A model generated the notes under the pieces. It worked only from the letters and a program-made list of their open reading frames with translations. It was not told the DNA's origin and ran no database searches. This document shows, one piece after another, positions 63,176 to 64,000 of a stretch of DNA of 64,000 nucleotides. Position numbers and translations under genes: made by a program. Each line of letters starts with the position of its first letter. The stretch's first letter is position 1. This DNA comes from Octopus vulgaris (taxonomy: Eukaryota). The stretch lies in NCBI GenBank assembly GCA_951406725.2, contig OX597818.1, positions 16,678,001-16,742,000 on the forward strand, in the 5' to 3' direction.

Positions 63176-64000
63176 ATTTCTAATTTTACATATATATATA
63201 TATATATTAGGATAATGTAATATGTATGTATTTGGTAACAGCAAAATCTAAAAATCTAATATATATTTCTGAGATGGCTGTTGATAGATTACAATTACAC
63301 AGTAATGACTGTAATAGAAAATTGAAATTAAAATGTGCAATCTTTTATTTCCATTCAGAGAAAAAGAAAAGGAATTTGAAATGAATTTCTAAAATTGTAT
63401 GTGGTGGGTGTGCATGGTTGTGGTGGAGAACAAGGCTAGAATTGTACAAATATACAGGATGAAGGGAAATTGAGAAGGATGCTGAGTCCTAGGAATTTGT
63501 TGTTAAGTGACTTGGATGGATGTCACTCGATGAATGCAAGGCCATTAAAGCCTCTGAAGTGTAATATATTTTAAAGCGAACAGGAAACAAGGGAAGTATA
63601 TGGGAATGGGTGAGGTGAAATATTATACGCATATACACACGCACACACACAGTGAGAGAGAAAAAGAGAATAATTGTTGATTTTTAAATGGGACATGATG
63701 AGGGAAAGAGAGAGAGTGGTGGTGGTGGTGGTGTTGGGGGTGGAAATAGTCAGATTAATAATTACATTGAGAATAAAAATAAAATACTTAGAATAAGTGG
63801 TTGAGTTAGAGATTTTTAAAGGGTTACAACTGTGATAGAAAAGATGTATGAGAATGTTGAAAGTGTAGCTATTCATGCCCTTATTGAAATATATTTGTGT
63901 GTGTGGGTACGGTTTGTTTAGACCCAGGTCAACAACTATAATGGAGAAAACTGGTGATCAAAGGCTATCTTGTCTTTTTATATATCAGGCATTGTATCAT

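Overview
AT-rich, microsatellite-dense animal genomic DNA with no recognisable host-gene exon (intronic or intergenic). The dispersed tRNA-derived SINE families look like those of octopus (coleoid cephalopod); this is recognition from memory, not a database result. The window is mostly transposable-element debris: CORE-like and Meta-domain-like SINEs, RTE-like LINE pieces, a Sola2-like transposon with ~0.5 kb TIRs, a DD34E Tc1, a DD37D (maT) derivative, piggyBac and hAT derivatives, Helitron/Helentron-like elements and foldback repeats. The most interesting signal is at 60.7-63.2 kb. There, an ORF1-only (gag-like CCHC knuckle, no RT) L1/Tx1-like element lies in tandem with the 3' end of a relative. 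Both end at the same 13-bp sequence, which forms the base of the extended helix I of a type I hammerhead-ribozyme-like repeat. The same hammerhead repeat occurs uninterrupted and in tandem at 23.7-24.5 kb. The element's 3' stem-loop is shared, with compensatory changes, by the Meta-like SINE. All alignments and folds were done by eye, so boundaries of decayed repeats are approximate.
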